Notes under the pieces: model-generated
Database searches by the model: none
What the model was told of the DNA's origin: nothing
What the model saw: the letters and a program-made list of their open reading frames with translations, nothing else
Position numbers and translations under genes: made by a program
Shown: positions 39,068 through 48,102 of the stretch, one piece after another
Layout: every line of letters starts with the position of its first letter
How positions within the stretch are numbered: the stretch's first letter is position 1
IMG/VR virus record: IMGVR_UViG_3300020036_002415
Location: 6,316-70,315 of that record
Reading direction: 5' to 3' (one strand)
DNA: 64,000 bases
DNA from: a virus
Lineage: Duplodnaviria; Caudoviricetes

Positions 39068-41271
39068 TACTGTTGTGGTTGTTGAGGAGCCTTTGCGGAA
39101 GACTTAATAACAGCCTCTGCTAATTTAGCTTCTCTGTCCATTCCTCTCTGCTCTGCTTCAAATCCTAGTTTCTTGTCTTCTGCTTGTTGTTGCATACCCA
39201 TTTGAGCTTGCTCCATAGATGCAGCTTGTTGTTGAGCAGCCGGTTCTATTTTAGCTTGCTCCATCTCTTGTAGTTTTTTAAGCTTAACTTCTTCTCTCAA
39301 TGCGTCAGAAACCATATCAGGAGTAGCTCTGTTTAATAGAGTTTTAAAGTTATCCTCACCAATCATTCCAACTTGAAGCAAACTCCAAAGCAATTGATTT
39401 CCTTTTTCTTTAGCTGTTGGCTCATCTTCTACTCTCTCTATAAAGATTCTGTAATCATCTAAAAGAGTATCTTCAGAAATAAGGATTCTCTGCATACCAA
39501 GATCACCTACAGCAATAGATAATCTTCTTGGGTTATCATAATATATCCTCTTACCAACTGTAGCCATGTGTTGATAAGCTTGTTTCATTACGCTAGACAA
39601 AGCCCAATAGAACGGCTCCTGAAGTAAAGATCCTCTTTGAATCTGAGCTTCAACAACACCTACTAATTTATCAGACGCTCCTTGAGTTCCAGTCATTGAC
39701 TCATTAACACCGGTAACTTCTTGTATGCCTTGTGATATTGTAGAAACGACATCAAACAAACTAAGAACACCTTGGTTCATATTGTTACCATACGTTCCAA
39801 CAGAGTTCTGAACAGATCCGGTTCTAGTAGTATCAACGAACACAGGCTTAGACTTATTCATTGATCTTAATACTTCTCCTTCTCCATCTCTAGGATCAAC
39901 AGCATCTTTAGCAATGATTGTTCCACTACCTCTTGAGTTGTTTATTTGACTCTCGGCAACTGAAATCAACCTGTTAATAAAACGCTGAGGTGAGATTATA
40001 TTGTCAATTGGAGACAAGATATCGCCTTTATCGTAAAATAACGCGTATTGTTTGTAAGGAAACTTTATATTAGATGGAGAGAATAAATACTTCTCACCAT
40101 AAGGAACAATTCCGTGTTCATAAACAATATCCTCTCCTTTAAACTCAATGCATTCAGCAGGAGTGAAAACACAATATCTTAGAACATCATTATAGATCTT
40201 AGTTTTCTTTTCTCCTTCAGCTATAGGGCTTTTAACCTCTAACTTTGGTGGATCAATAAGATCTTTATCTGTATATCTTCCATCTTCTCCGTTTATCTCA
40301 GTAAACATCTGATAACCGAATCTATCAAGAACCCATCCATACTCCTGAACCTCGATATCTCTCCAATAAACCTCATACATAGGAATTTTAGAGTTAGACT
40401 GATAGAAGCTGGCGTTTAGAATATTATTCATGCCATTCATGTTAGGGGTATTCCCGGTAACATATTTTTCTATAGCCTTTCTTTTATCTGAAGATAGGTT
40501 TTGATATCTCTCAAACACAGAAGCTGCATCAGAATAGTACCAATCACCCATATATTCTGCATCAGAGAAGTCTGGTTTAACTGCAGACATATCCCAAAAG
40601 TAGAAAAGAGAGTTTAGAGCCTCTCCTTCATATTCAAGGTTATGTTCTTTTCCTTTGTAAACGCATAATCCAGAAAGCGCAAGTTGTTGAGCCAATTGAA
40701 CCTTTATTTCTTCGGTGTCAATACGGCTTTCAATCCACTTTAATAGGTTATTAATGTCTGTTTCGTGAGTTTCTACCCAAGAGTTTTCAAATATCTCCTC
40801 AGTTTCAGCCTCATTCTCTCCAATAGGGAAGCGATCAGTGATTGCCTTCTTTAAATCAGTGTTATTTTTAGCAACATTAGAGAAATACTTAAGTCTGGCT
40901 AGTTCCTCTTCGCGTCTATTTATGATAAAATCAGAATCAGATTTAGCGCGCGCATTATAAGAAAGACGAATAGCATTTCCTACGTATTGAGAAACAATAG
41001 GAAGTATTAAGTTCCTAGTCATTTTAAGGCGGTTCCGAACATCTCCAGATTCATCCAAGAAGAATGACTCAAGATCCTCATCGAATATCCATTGACCATC
41101 ATTTCCTTTAAAGAAACTCCAGTTAACCAATGTCTTAGCAACAAATTTTCTATAAAGAGGGTGGTTCATACTATTTAAACACCACTTAGCGAAATCAGAA
41201 TGATACTTCTCATTCTTTTCGTCCTCAAGTCTATTTGGTCTTAATACGCTAGGCGTTATAAATAGAGACAT
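39067..41271 (-). CDS. Portal protein (P22/crAss-like)
   Basis: 734 aa between terminase and scaffold; Q-rich C-terminal barrel; portal-like wing/stem motifs. Confidence 0.8.
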   Translation of the reverse strand: MSLFITPSVLRPNRLEDEKNEKYHSDFAKWCLNSMNHPLYRKFVAKTLVNWSFFKGNDGQWIFDEDLESFFLDESGDVRNRLKMTRNLILPIVSQYVGNAIRLSYNARAKSDSDFIINRREEELARLKYFSNVAKNNTDLKKAITDRFPIGENEAETEEIFENSWVETHETDINNLLKWIESRIDTEEIKVQLAQQLALSGLCVYKGKEHNLEYEGEALNSLFYFWDMSAVKPDFSDAEYMGDWYYSDAASVFERYQNLSSDKRKAIEKYVTGNTPNMNGMNNILNASFYQSNSKIPMYEVYWRDIEVQEYGWVLDRFGYQMFTEINGEDGRYTDKDLIDPPKLEVKSPIAEGEKKTKIYNDVLRYCVFTPAECIEFKGEDIVYEHGIVPYGEKYLFSPSNIKFPYKQYALFYDKGDILSPIDNIISPQRFINRLISVAESQINNSRGSGTIIAKDAVDPRDGEGEVLRSMNKSKPVFVDTTRTGSVQNSVGTYGNNMNQGVLSLFDVVSTISQGIQEVTGVNESMTGTQGASDKLVGVVEAQIQRGSLLQEPFYWALSSVMKQAYQHMATVGKRIYYDNPRRLSIAVGDLGMQRILISEDTLLDDYRIFIERVEDEPTAKEKGNQLLWSLLQVGMIGEDNFKTLLNRATPDMVSDALREEVKLKKLQEMEQAKIEPAAQQQAASMEQAQMGMQQQAEDKKLGFEAEQRGMDREAKLAEAVIKSSAKAPQQPQQ

Positions 41272-41274
41272 AGA

Positions 41275-41880
41275 TTATTGTTTTACTTCTTCAACTCGTT
41301 CAATTATATCTTCCACGCTGGCAAGAATCTCGAACTCTCTTTGCTTTTCTCTCTTAATCTTAACTCCATAGCTTGACTCCATATTTGTTACCATTTTTTG
41401 GAGCGCGTCAGATGTTTTTATTAAAAGCTCAGCATATTTTTTTCTATCCTCAATGTCAAAAGCTTTTTTCACATCAGAGTCAAGGTAAACCAAAGACTGT
41501 AGTTGGTCAAAATTATACTCATTGAGCATTTTTGCCCTCATTCTAAAGTCCGGGTTAAACTTAGACATTACTGATATAGCAGCAACTATATCTTCCGGCA
41601 TAAGTGATTTTTCGTAAATATCGTTTATGCGCTTATTATTCTTTAATGCCTTTTTATCGTAGGCTAATTCACAAGCTTTCTTTATTCTTTTAAGGCGAGG
41701 CTCTCTGATTAGAGGACTGGTTCTGTTTGACACATACCACACAAACTTAAGATCTCTTGGTGTAATTTTTGAAAACTCTTCATACTGAGCAAGCTCAGGA
41801 TAATCAATAGTCATACTCCTATCTGATGGTTCAAATAAGAGTATATCACTTGATGTTATAACAAAAGGCTCTTTAGCCAT
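41275..41880 (-). CDS. Conserved packaging-block protein (possible small terminase-like)
   Basis: LKFVWYV...TSP motif and helical C-terminus; directly upstream of the portal. Confidence 0.4.
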   Translation of the reverse strand: MAKEPFVITSSDILLFEPSDRSMTIDYPELAQYEEFSKITPRDLKFVWYVSNRTSPLIREPRLKRIKKACELAYDKKALKNNKRINDIYEKSLMPEDIVAAISVMSKFNPDFRMRAKMLNEYNFDQLQSLVYLDSDVKKAFDIEDRKKYAELLIKTSDALQKMVTNMESSYGVKIKREKQREFEILASVEDIIERVEEVKQ

Positions 41881-42083
41881 TATTTTTTTAGTCTATTGCT
41901 AGAAACTTTTTTAGCTTGATAAGTACTTGCAGATTCGTCTTTTGGACTTAAACGACTTTTAGCTATTTCTTTTCTTTGACTTAAAACACTATCTTTAGAT
42001 ATGGCGTTTTTTGCAGATCTATTTGCTTTTTTAGGCTTATCTCCGCCCATCATTTTCTGAGCATATTCAGATGTATATCCCAT
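41880..42083 (-). CDS. Small basic protein with MGYTSEYAQKMM leader (copy 3)
   Basis: Shared 12-aa N-terminus; K/R/S-rich tail. Confidence 0.75.
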   Translation of the reverse strand: MGYTSEYAQKMMGGDKPKKANRSAKNAISKDSVLSQRKEIAKSRLSPKDESASTYQAKKVSSNRLKK

Positions 42084-42085
42084 GA

Positions 42086-42268
42086 TTAATAATCTTTAGT
42101 AGTAGATCTTTTAATAGCTGCTTTATCTTTACGTTTATCAGCGATAGCCTTTACGTCAATTTTTTTGTAAGCAGGAGTTGTTGATGACTTTGGAGCCATA
42201 CCAGCTTTTTTAGCTGATGGATCAGTTCCGCCCATCATTTTCTGAGCATATTCAGATGTATATCCCAT
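42086..42268 (-). CDS. Small basic protein with MGYTSEYAQKMM leader (copy 2)
   Basis: 46-nt perfect repeat, 42227..42272 identical to 42042..42087. Confidence 0.75.
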   Translation of the reverse strand: MGYTSEYAQKMMGGTDPSAKKAGMAPKSSTTPAYKKIDVKAIADKRKDKAAIKRSTTKDY

Positions 42269-42274
42269 GATTGA

Positions 42275-42418
42275 TTATTTTTTAGTTAAAGTTCGCTTCA
42301 TTGGCATAGACTTAACAGTCTTTTTCATACCAACTGTACTAGAATTTGCTTTAATTGATTTACCAGCTTTCTTTGATGGCTTGTCACCACCATTATCATA
42401 ATCTATAAAATTCACCAT
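42275..42418 (-). CDS. Small basic protein (47 aa) with divergent leader, not in the ORF track
   Basis: Manual translation MVNFIDYDNGGDKPSKKAGKSIKANSS...; shares GGDKP with 41880..42083. Confidence 0.6.
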   Translation of the reverse strand: MVNFIDYDNGGDKPSKKAGKSIKANSSTVGMKKTVKSMPMKRTLTKK

Positions 42419-42420
42419 GA

Positions 42421-42606
42421 TTAGTAGTTTGGATTGTTTGGATTGTTTTTGCTCATTTTCTTAATATCAGCATTACGAGCAGCTATTCTGTCACCTTCAT
42501 TTAAAGCGACGTGTTTAGTTGAAGCCTTAGCCTTCTTTCTAGCAGAAGGAACAGGAAGTTTATCTCCTGACATCATTTTTTGTGCGTACTCAGATGTATA
42601 TCCCAT
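42421..42606 (-). CDS. Small basic protein with MGYTSEYAQKMM leader (copy 1)
   Basis: Same 12 aa encoded with four synonymous differences. Confidence 0.75.
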   Translation of the reverse strand: MGYTSEYAQKMMSGDKLPVPSARKKAKASTKHVALNEGDRIAARNADIKKMSKNNPNNPNY

Positions 42607-42620
42607 AAAAATATAAAATA

Positions 42621-42647
42621 AGGGAGGGGTTTTTACGCCACCTCCCT
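42621..42647 (-). terminator. Rho-independent terminator
   Basis: AGGGAGGTGG-CGTAAAAA-CCCCTCCCT followed by TATTTT on the minus strand. Confidence 0.7.
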
Positions 42648-42658
42648 GTTAGTAATTA

Positions 42659-43429
42659 TTAGATTCCGTCGTAATCAGTAGCAGGAGTATGCGTACCAGC
42701 GAAGATAGCATTAATCTCAACTACTAAAGCAGCAGTATCTCCATCTGCACTGTTCAAGAAGATTTTAACATCTTCAGGGAACTCAACAAGACCTCCAGTT
42801 ACTGCATTATGACGACGTTTGTCGCGGAATGAAATAGTGTAAGTGTTGTATGAAGCAGAAGTAGCAAGACCCGGAGCTAAAAGCTCAACCATAGCAGGTG
42901 TTCCAGCAGGAGCAACGAAAGCAGTGTTAACTGCAGTTGTAGCACCATCAGGATACTCAAGAGTGAAATCACCTTGATACAAGCTGTTAGTTAAAGTCAA
43001 ACGCATGATATCACCAGCTACAGAAGCAGCAGATACATCAGCACCCAAATCAGCGTTGATACGAGCAACAAATAGAGCAGCTAGTTGTGTTGCAGTTGGA
43101 GCAACAGATCCAGTTGAAACTACATATTCGCGAATTGGAATAAGTTGGTTTGCTTCCTGACCTCCGCCATGAAAAGCAACTTTGCCCGGAACACGAACAG
43201 CAACGCGATATTGGTAGTTAGCCAAAAGCGTAACTCCAGTGAAGTCGATATCTTTGATCGAAGCTGTACCAGCGGCATAAGCATCGTAATCAACAACATC
43301 AATTTGAGACAAGCTGATCTCGCGACCAAGACCAGTAATAGTAAATTTGTTGCCAGTTAAGTCGGCATCTGCAGCCAAAGCCTGAACAGTGTTCAGTACA
43401 GCAACAGCAATAGGTTTTTTTACAGCCAT
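42659..43429 (-). CDS. Auxiliary capsid/decoration-like structural protein
   Basis: A/T/V-rich, highly biased codons, own promoter and terminator; TQLAALFVARINAD motif reminiscent of crAss auxiliary capsid proteins. Confidence 0.55.
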   Translation of the reverse strand: MAVKKPIAVAVLNTVQALAADADLTGNKFTITGLGREISLSQIDVVDYDAYAAGTASIKDIDFTGVTLLANYQYRVAVRVPGKVAFHGGGQEANQLIPIREYVVSTGSVAPTATQLAALFVARINADLGADVSAASVAGDIMRLTLTNSLYQGDFTLEYPDGATTAVNTAFVAPAGTPAMVELLAPGLATSASYNTYTISFRDKRRHNAVTGGLVEFPEDVKIFLNSADGDTAALVVEINAIFAGTHTPATDYDGI

Positions 43430-43514
43430 TATTTATTTTGTTTTTTGTTTAACACGGATCGTGTGTAGTTCGATCTGTGCGAGTTAGTTTTAACCCTACA
43501 CGGTGTACAGTACG

Positions 43515-43543
43515 CAAATATAATTATTTTTTCTTAGAAACAA
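43515..43543 (-). promoter_or_regulatory. Late promoter (Bacteroidota type)
   Basis: TTG-N18-TATATTTG; 18-mer shared with 38743..38760. Confidence 0.75.
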
Positions 43544-43544
43544 G

Positions 43545-43922
43545 CTATAATATAAAATTTTTCTTAACTTGATCTATAATCCAAGCATTCAGATAGGCAT
43601 AAGCCTCATCGCTAACGCCTATTTCAAACTTCATTCCAATGCGGTCTAGGATAAAATGTGTGGCATGAAAACACTCATGGTTTATTACATTGTCGTAAGA
43701 TCCATCTTTATTTTTATGAATAAGCATAACCACATTTCCATTTGGCATTATATGAGTCAAGCCGACATCTCCAGGATCTCTATTTATAACTTCATCGTAC
43801 TGATCTCTATCATAGCCAAGGGAATCAAAATGTTTTATTACGTCACTATCAACTACGTCGAACATTATAAAAATACTGTGGTCGTATATAGGTATCCTTA
43901 ATCTATCAATAAATGATTCCAT
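43545..43922 (-). CDS. Small HExxH zincin-like phage protein
   Basis: INHECFHATH...DEAYAY. Confidence 0.6.
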   Translation of the reverse strand: MESFIDRLRIPIYDHSIFIMFDVVDSDVIKHFDSLGYDRDQYDEVINRDPGDVGLTHIMPNGNVVMLIHKNKDGSYDNVINHECFHATHFILDRIGMKFEIGVSDEAYAYLNAWIIDQVKKNFIL

Positions 43923-43926
43923 AAAA

Positions 43927-45951
43927 TTAGTTTTCGTTTACAAATTTAACGAATTTTCCGTTCTCATCAAACTCAGCAAGCCTTAAATTAAAATTAGTTG
44001 TGTGATCCTGCATATACCGGCGGACTTTTTTCTTTCCTTCGTAATCCTTACTAACTTTGGTAGGATAATATTGCCTATTGCACTCGGCATTTATATACGC
44101 ATAAACTATAGCGAAGATAACGTCATCGTAGTCGTATCTAAGATCGGCAGCCTGATACCGGCTCTGTCTATGGCTAGTAGAAGCAGATAAATCTTTCTCA
44201 ACAAAAGTCTTCATTTGTTTAAAGAACCAAGGTATGTAGATATTTTCAACGCGAGTCTGAAGCATCTCAATAAGCTTATTCATTATATGGCCGGCAGTAT
44301 TTGTCTTATTGTTTATGCCCCACCATTTTCCACCGGATCTCATAAATAAAGGAAGCATTGATTGAGGCTGTATCTTTCTTCCGTGTTTACGAGTGTCTAG
44401 CCATTCAACATAACCATCACCAATATTCGCCTCTATTAACTCCTTAGCTCCGTCGCGCGGACTATAATATAATCCAAGTAAAAGACACTGTAAATAACAC
44501 TCCTTAAAGTTACGAACCCTATAAAATACTACAGCCGGAACAGTTTCAGCGTATGAATCCCATATCGCGCTAGCCATCTTAGAGTGACCAGTTTCTGAGT
44601 TAATTGGATCGGTTCCTTGCCAGTATCTGTTTTCGTATTCTTGCTCAGGGTGCTTAAATACCACAGCTGTAGTTCTTTCATCTCCTATTCCATCTGAAGG
44701 AATCCATTCTGCCCCAATTATTCTGTAAGGAGTTTCAAGTTCCGGGGTAGGTTGATTCAAATCAAACACCGGCTCAAAGTATCCATACTGAGGCTGATCT
44801 TTTAAATCAAGCGAGAATATTTTAGAAAGATGTGAGTTGCACTGATCTATAGGTAATAGCGTCTTCGCGTTACGAAGGAACATGTCATCTATAGTAATTG
44901 GATAATGCTGATGGAACTGAACTTTAAACTTCTCTTTATCTATACCTGTTTTAGAGTAAGCTACATCTTTCTCTGATTTTAAAATCTCAGCGGTAATACC
45001 TTCGCGCGCCCAAGCGTCAAAGAATAACGGAATAACAGCATATCCGTATTTACGATCATGCCAAGCTTCCAAAGCTGCCTTAAACTCGGACTCGAAAGCA
45101 GCTCCACCTTTTTCCATTTCTCCACCGGTTCCCCAAGCAAAGAATTGACGACGCATCTCCATTTTCTTTGTTTCTGGATTAAACATATACAATGTCGGTC
45201 TACCCTCACCCATCATCTGAGCGAATATATCAAACAAACCTATCTCATCAATAAGTGTTATCTGAGGAGATCCACCATTAATAGCATCAATAGCCGGAGT
45301 ACAAACTTCCGCGCGCGAATGCGCTCCTTCAGTCTTACCTTTATTCTTACTATTCTTCTTATGTATTGATAATGTGGTCTTTGTGTCTGATCCAATACCG
45401 CGCAAAAGCCAAGCCGGTATCTTACCAAAACCCCATTTAAGCTTATCTCTGAATATTTCCTCTCCCTTTAACTGACTGTGGGTTATATACTTAGCGTAAT
45501 AAGATGGATTGAAAGCTATACGCTTCATAACCGCAAGCATCAGAGTGGTCGTGAAACCAATCTGCCTTGCTTTACCTATCATACAGTTGTAGCCGCAATC
45601 GAACAGAAATAGAATAAGTCGTTGTGCTTCCCAAGCTTTATACTTAACTTGACCTCCAGCGGCATTACCCTCTTTTAACCAGCCATACTTATCTGCGAAG
45701 TACAACGTATTTTGTTTGCACCGGGTATATTCCTGCGCGATATAATCTTCCTGATCTTCCTTTTCTATGTAATTCTCAATGCGATCATCTTCCTCAATCC
45801 ACTCCCTAGCTTGTTTTTTGTAAAGCTCAAATGGAGTGTACTTTTTCATATTACGCCAACCAGTGTTGACACTATCTATGAATTTAGCAAAATCCTCTGT
45901 ATAATCTAGAGGATCATGTGTTGGAAACCAATCGCTAACTTGAACTGACAT
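43927..45951 (-). CDS. terL: Terminase large subunit
   Basis: Walker A GKARQIGFTT; Walker B LIDEIG; RNase H-like GTDP and DDVIFA. Confidence 0.9.
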   Translation of the reverse strand: MSVQVSDWFPTHDPLDYTEDFAKFIDSVNTGWRNMKKYTPFELYKKQAREWIEEDDRIENYIEKEDQEDYIAQEYTRCKQNTLYFADKYGWLKEGNAAGGQVKYKAWEAQRLILFLFDCGYNCMIGKARQIGFTTTLMLAVMKRIAFNPSYYAKYITHSQLKGEEIFRDKLKWGFGKIPAWLLRGIGSDTKTTLSIHKKNSKNKGKTEGAHSRAEVCTPAIDAINGGSPQITLIDEIGLFDIFAQMMGEGRPTLYMFNPETKKMEMRRQFFAWGTGGEMEKGGAAFESEFKAALEAWHDRKYGYAVIPLFFDAWAREGITAEILKSEKDVAYSKTGIDKEKFKVQFHQHYPITIDDMFLRNAKTLLPIDQCNSHLSKIFSLDLKDQPQYGYFEPVFDLNQPTPELETPYRIIGAEWIPSDGIGDERTTAVVFKHPEQEYENRYWQGTDPINSETGHSKMASAIWDSYAETVPAVVFYRVRNFKECYLQCLLLGLYYSPRDGAKELIEANIGDGYVEWLDTRKHGRKIQPQSMLPLFMRSGGKWWGINNKTNTAGHIMNKLIEMLQTRVENIYIPWFFKQMKTFVEKDLSASTSHRQSRYQAADLRYDYDDVIFAIVYAYINAECNRQYYPTKVSKDYEGKKKVRRYMQDHTTNFNLRLAEFDENGKFVKFVNEN

Positions 45952-46466
45952 TACTCCGCGAACATTTTAAGTTTCTTATACATATTATACACACTACCTC
46001 TCCAGCATAAACCGGGGCTGAGGTGATAAACAATATTGGTTCTTTTACCGGTAGCTAGCAAATACTTCTTCTCAGTTAACTCGGCAAACGCGCCGGTGAT
46101 TGTTTGAAAAGACATACCTAACTCTCCAGAGATGTCGGCATACTTAACATCATATACGCAGTTATTGAAAGAAAGCTTAGACATCATATACATGATAATC
46201 TTAAGCGCGCCTCCGCTTAACTCGTGAGCCATCTTAAGCATAGATTTGTTATAAACCATACAGAACTTAGTCTTGGATTTATTCAAAGCCTTTAGTTTGT
46301 CAAACAGATGAGTATAGTCTTTGTCGATTATATCAGCCACATGGATGAACTCGCCATCATACTTAATATAAACTTCGCTTTCAACGACACCTTCCGGCGG
46401 AATCTTCTCTAGTGCAAAGTATAGTATATCAACTATATCTTTTTCTTCTTTTATTGGATTACTCAT
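45951..46466 (-). CDS. RepL-like winged-helix DNA-binding protein
   Basis: YADISGELGMSFQTITGAFAEL HTH; Y.LSP...WRG. Confidence 0.65.
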   Translation of the reverse strand: MSNPIKEEKDIVDILYFALEKIPPEGVVESEVYIKYDGEFIHVADIIDKDYTHLFDKLKALNKSKTKFCMVYNKSMLKMAHELSGGALKIIMYMMSKLSFNNCVYDVKYADISGELGMSFQTITGAFAELTEKKYLLATGKRTNIVYHLSPGLCWRGSVYNMYKKLKMFAE

Positions 46467-46747
46467 CTTCCTCTTACTACTGTATCTTCTACTTTAATAA
46501 AGTTCTGCTCAAGGTTGTGGACTACAGCCTTAAGTAGGTGTGCATCATTATTGCCTCTCTTTTTATAGTCACGAATCAGTATAGAGATAGCCTCACTAAG
46601 AATAAGGCAGTCGATCTCATGCTGTATCGTATTGTTTGTTCCGTTATAATTTAATGTGATTTTCTTACCTTTTGATTTATCATTATACCCTACCACTACG
46701 GTTTTATGAGCTAGGTAATTCTTTTTTAGTTGGTCGAACTCTAACAT
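46463..46747 (-). CDS. Hypothetical protein
   Basis: ORF track; coupled. Confidence 0.5.
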   Translation of the reverse strand: MLEFDQLKKNYLAHKTVVVGYNDKSKGKKITLNYNGTNNTIQHEIDCLILSEAISILIRDYKKRGNNDAHLLKAVVHNLEQNFIKVEDTVVRGR

Positions 46748-47087
46748 CTTTTCTGTTCTCTATAAGCTTATCTACATTAATCAGGACTTTTTTCAGGAAC
46801 CCGACTCTTTCCCGGCTTGACATTAATTCAAACGTTATCATTTTTTCAAGGATTGCCTTAAATTCAAATGGATCGCAGTTAGCTTTAAGCTGATTACACT
46901 TCTTACAGGCAAACACTTTATTATCATTTGATCTTATACCTCCTTTACTTTGAGGAACCAGATGATCTACAGTTCGACTATAGTTATCTAGTTTGCAGTT
47001 GCAGAAAAAACAATGATCTTTATTTGAACGCAGAGAGTTTCCAAACCTTGAAATCTTCCTGAACTTTTTCGTTTCGTTTTTCTCCAT
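46704..47087 (-). CDS. HNH endonuclease
   Basis: CFFC...TVDHLVPQSKGG...N...ACKKCNQLK; near the terminase, like HK97 gp74-type packaging HNHs. Confidence 0.88.
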   Translation of the reverse strand: MEKNETKKFRKISRFGNSLRSNKDHCFFCNCKLDNYSRTVDHLVPQSKGGIRSNDNKVFACKKCNQLKANCDPFEFKAILEKMITFELMSSRERVGFLKKVLINVDKLIENRKDVRVRPTKKELPSS

Positions 47088-47226
47088 TGATGTACTTGTG
47101 TATTACAATCTGTGATGCACCATTCTCAGTTATCTTTTCAGGAGAACAAGAACAGCCTACAATACTATGTAGGCTATCCTCTCCTTTTGGAATCCAATGG
47201 TATATAAAGATCCTCAGGCCAGTCAC
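47020..47226 (-). CDS. Small His/Cys hypothetical protein
   Basis: H.IP..D..H...CSCSP...H pattern. Confidence 0.5.
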   Translation of the reverse strand: MTGLRIFIYHWIPKGEDSLHSIVGCSCSPEKITENGASQIVIHKYINGEKRNEKVQEDFKVWKLSAFK

Positions 47227-47426
47227 TACTCTTCCTCTGATTTAGAATAGTTAACCAATGAAGCAGCTTCTTCTAATTCAAGAGCCTTAATAACTGAATC
47301 GTTAATTGATTCTCTATCCGCTAATTCATCGGCAGCGATCTCAGCATTTGTTCTACGTTTACGTTTTGGAGCCTCAACTACCGGAGTAGCTTCTCTTTCT
47401 TTTATTAATTTTGCACTAATTCTCAT
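47226..47426 (-). CDS. Hypothetical protein
   Basis: ORF track; PKRKRRTNAEI basic patch. Confidence 0.5.
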   Translation of the reverse strand: MRISAKLIKEREATPVVEAPKRKRRTNAEIAADELADRESINDSVIKALELEEAASLVNYSKSEEE

Positions 47427-47430
47427 ATTT

Positions 47431-47730
47431 CTAGTATTTAAAAGTTAAACATTTTACAACATTCATCTGCGCGTCAAGGATGTCTACAATAGCTTTATTG
47501 ATTAACATATTGTGCAAAGGACTAGCATCAGCGGGAGTATTCTCAGCTAACAGGTCAGCAAGCTCAGCGCATAGAACTTTCGCTAGCAAAACTTTATCAT
47601 CACCGGATGGGTTAAATGTAATACCAACTAACTTCTCACCGAAGGTTGGGTTGTAGTATTTACGATCTAATTCTTTCTCTGGATTTTTAGCAGCCTCCAG
47701 AATAGCCTCCTTTTCTTTTTCTTCAATCAT
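47431..47730 (-). CDS. Acb2/Tad1-like hairpin-domain protein (candidate nucleotide sponge)
   Basis: GEKLVGITFNPSGDDKV..AK...AEL.D...A...I.DAQMNVVK..T pattern. Confidence 0.5.
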   Translation of the reverse strand: MIEEKEKEAILEAAKNPEKELDRKYYNPTFGEKLVGITFNPSGDDKVLLAKVLCAELADLLAENTPADASPLHNMLINKAIVDILDAQMNVVKCLTFKY

Positions 47731-47825
47731 TTCGTTTCGTTTTAAAAGTAAAAAAACCAGCCTTCGTTAAACCATCGTGAGTTCAATTCTTCAATAATCT
47801 ACTCAGGGTATCCGGCTAGCTTTTA

Positions 47826-47897
47826 TTGCGAGAGGTGGGATCGAACCACCGACCTCCGGGTTATGAGCCCGGCAAGCTACCACTGCTCTACCTCACT
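47826..47897 (-). tRNA. Initiator tRNA-fMet (CAT); CCA not encoded
   Basis: Cloverleaf; anticodon arm CCGGG-CTCATAA-CCCGG with three G:C pairs; A1:A72 mismatch; A11:T24. Confidence 0.9.
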
Positions 47898-47906
47898 AGT
47901 TGGGTA

Positions 47907-47936
47907 CAAATATACAACAATTTTTGACATATCCAA
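47907..47936 (-). promoter_or_regulatory. Bacteroidota-type promoter for the tRNA/packaging operon
   Basis: TTG-N19-TATATTTG on the minus strand. Confidence 0.7.
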
Positions 47937-48102
47937 CTAACTACGCAAAAAGTATTCAGTCAATACACCTATTTTCTTCTGTAGCCCGCGTCAATATTGC
48001 ATCTATGAAAATACCCTTTATTATGTTTCTTCCGTGTAATTCGGTTCCATAACATTGTTCCATCACTCAACAGTATGATTTTTACAAACTTCCATTGAGG
48101 TA

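Noticed and set aside
42042-42606. CRISPR or mini-array reading of the 46-nt repeats
   Set aside because: The repeats are in-frame gene starts and the third copy differs only at synonymous positions, so they are coding.
841-45951. Inteins or self-splicing introns in the primase-helicase, terminase or capsid genes
   Set aside because: Protein lengths and motif spacing are ordinary, with no C...HN splice motifs or interrupted frames seen.
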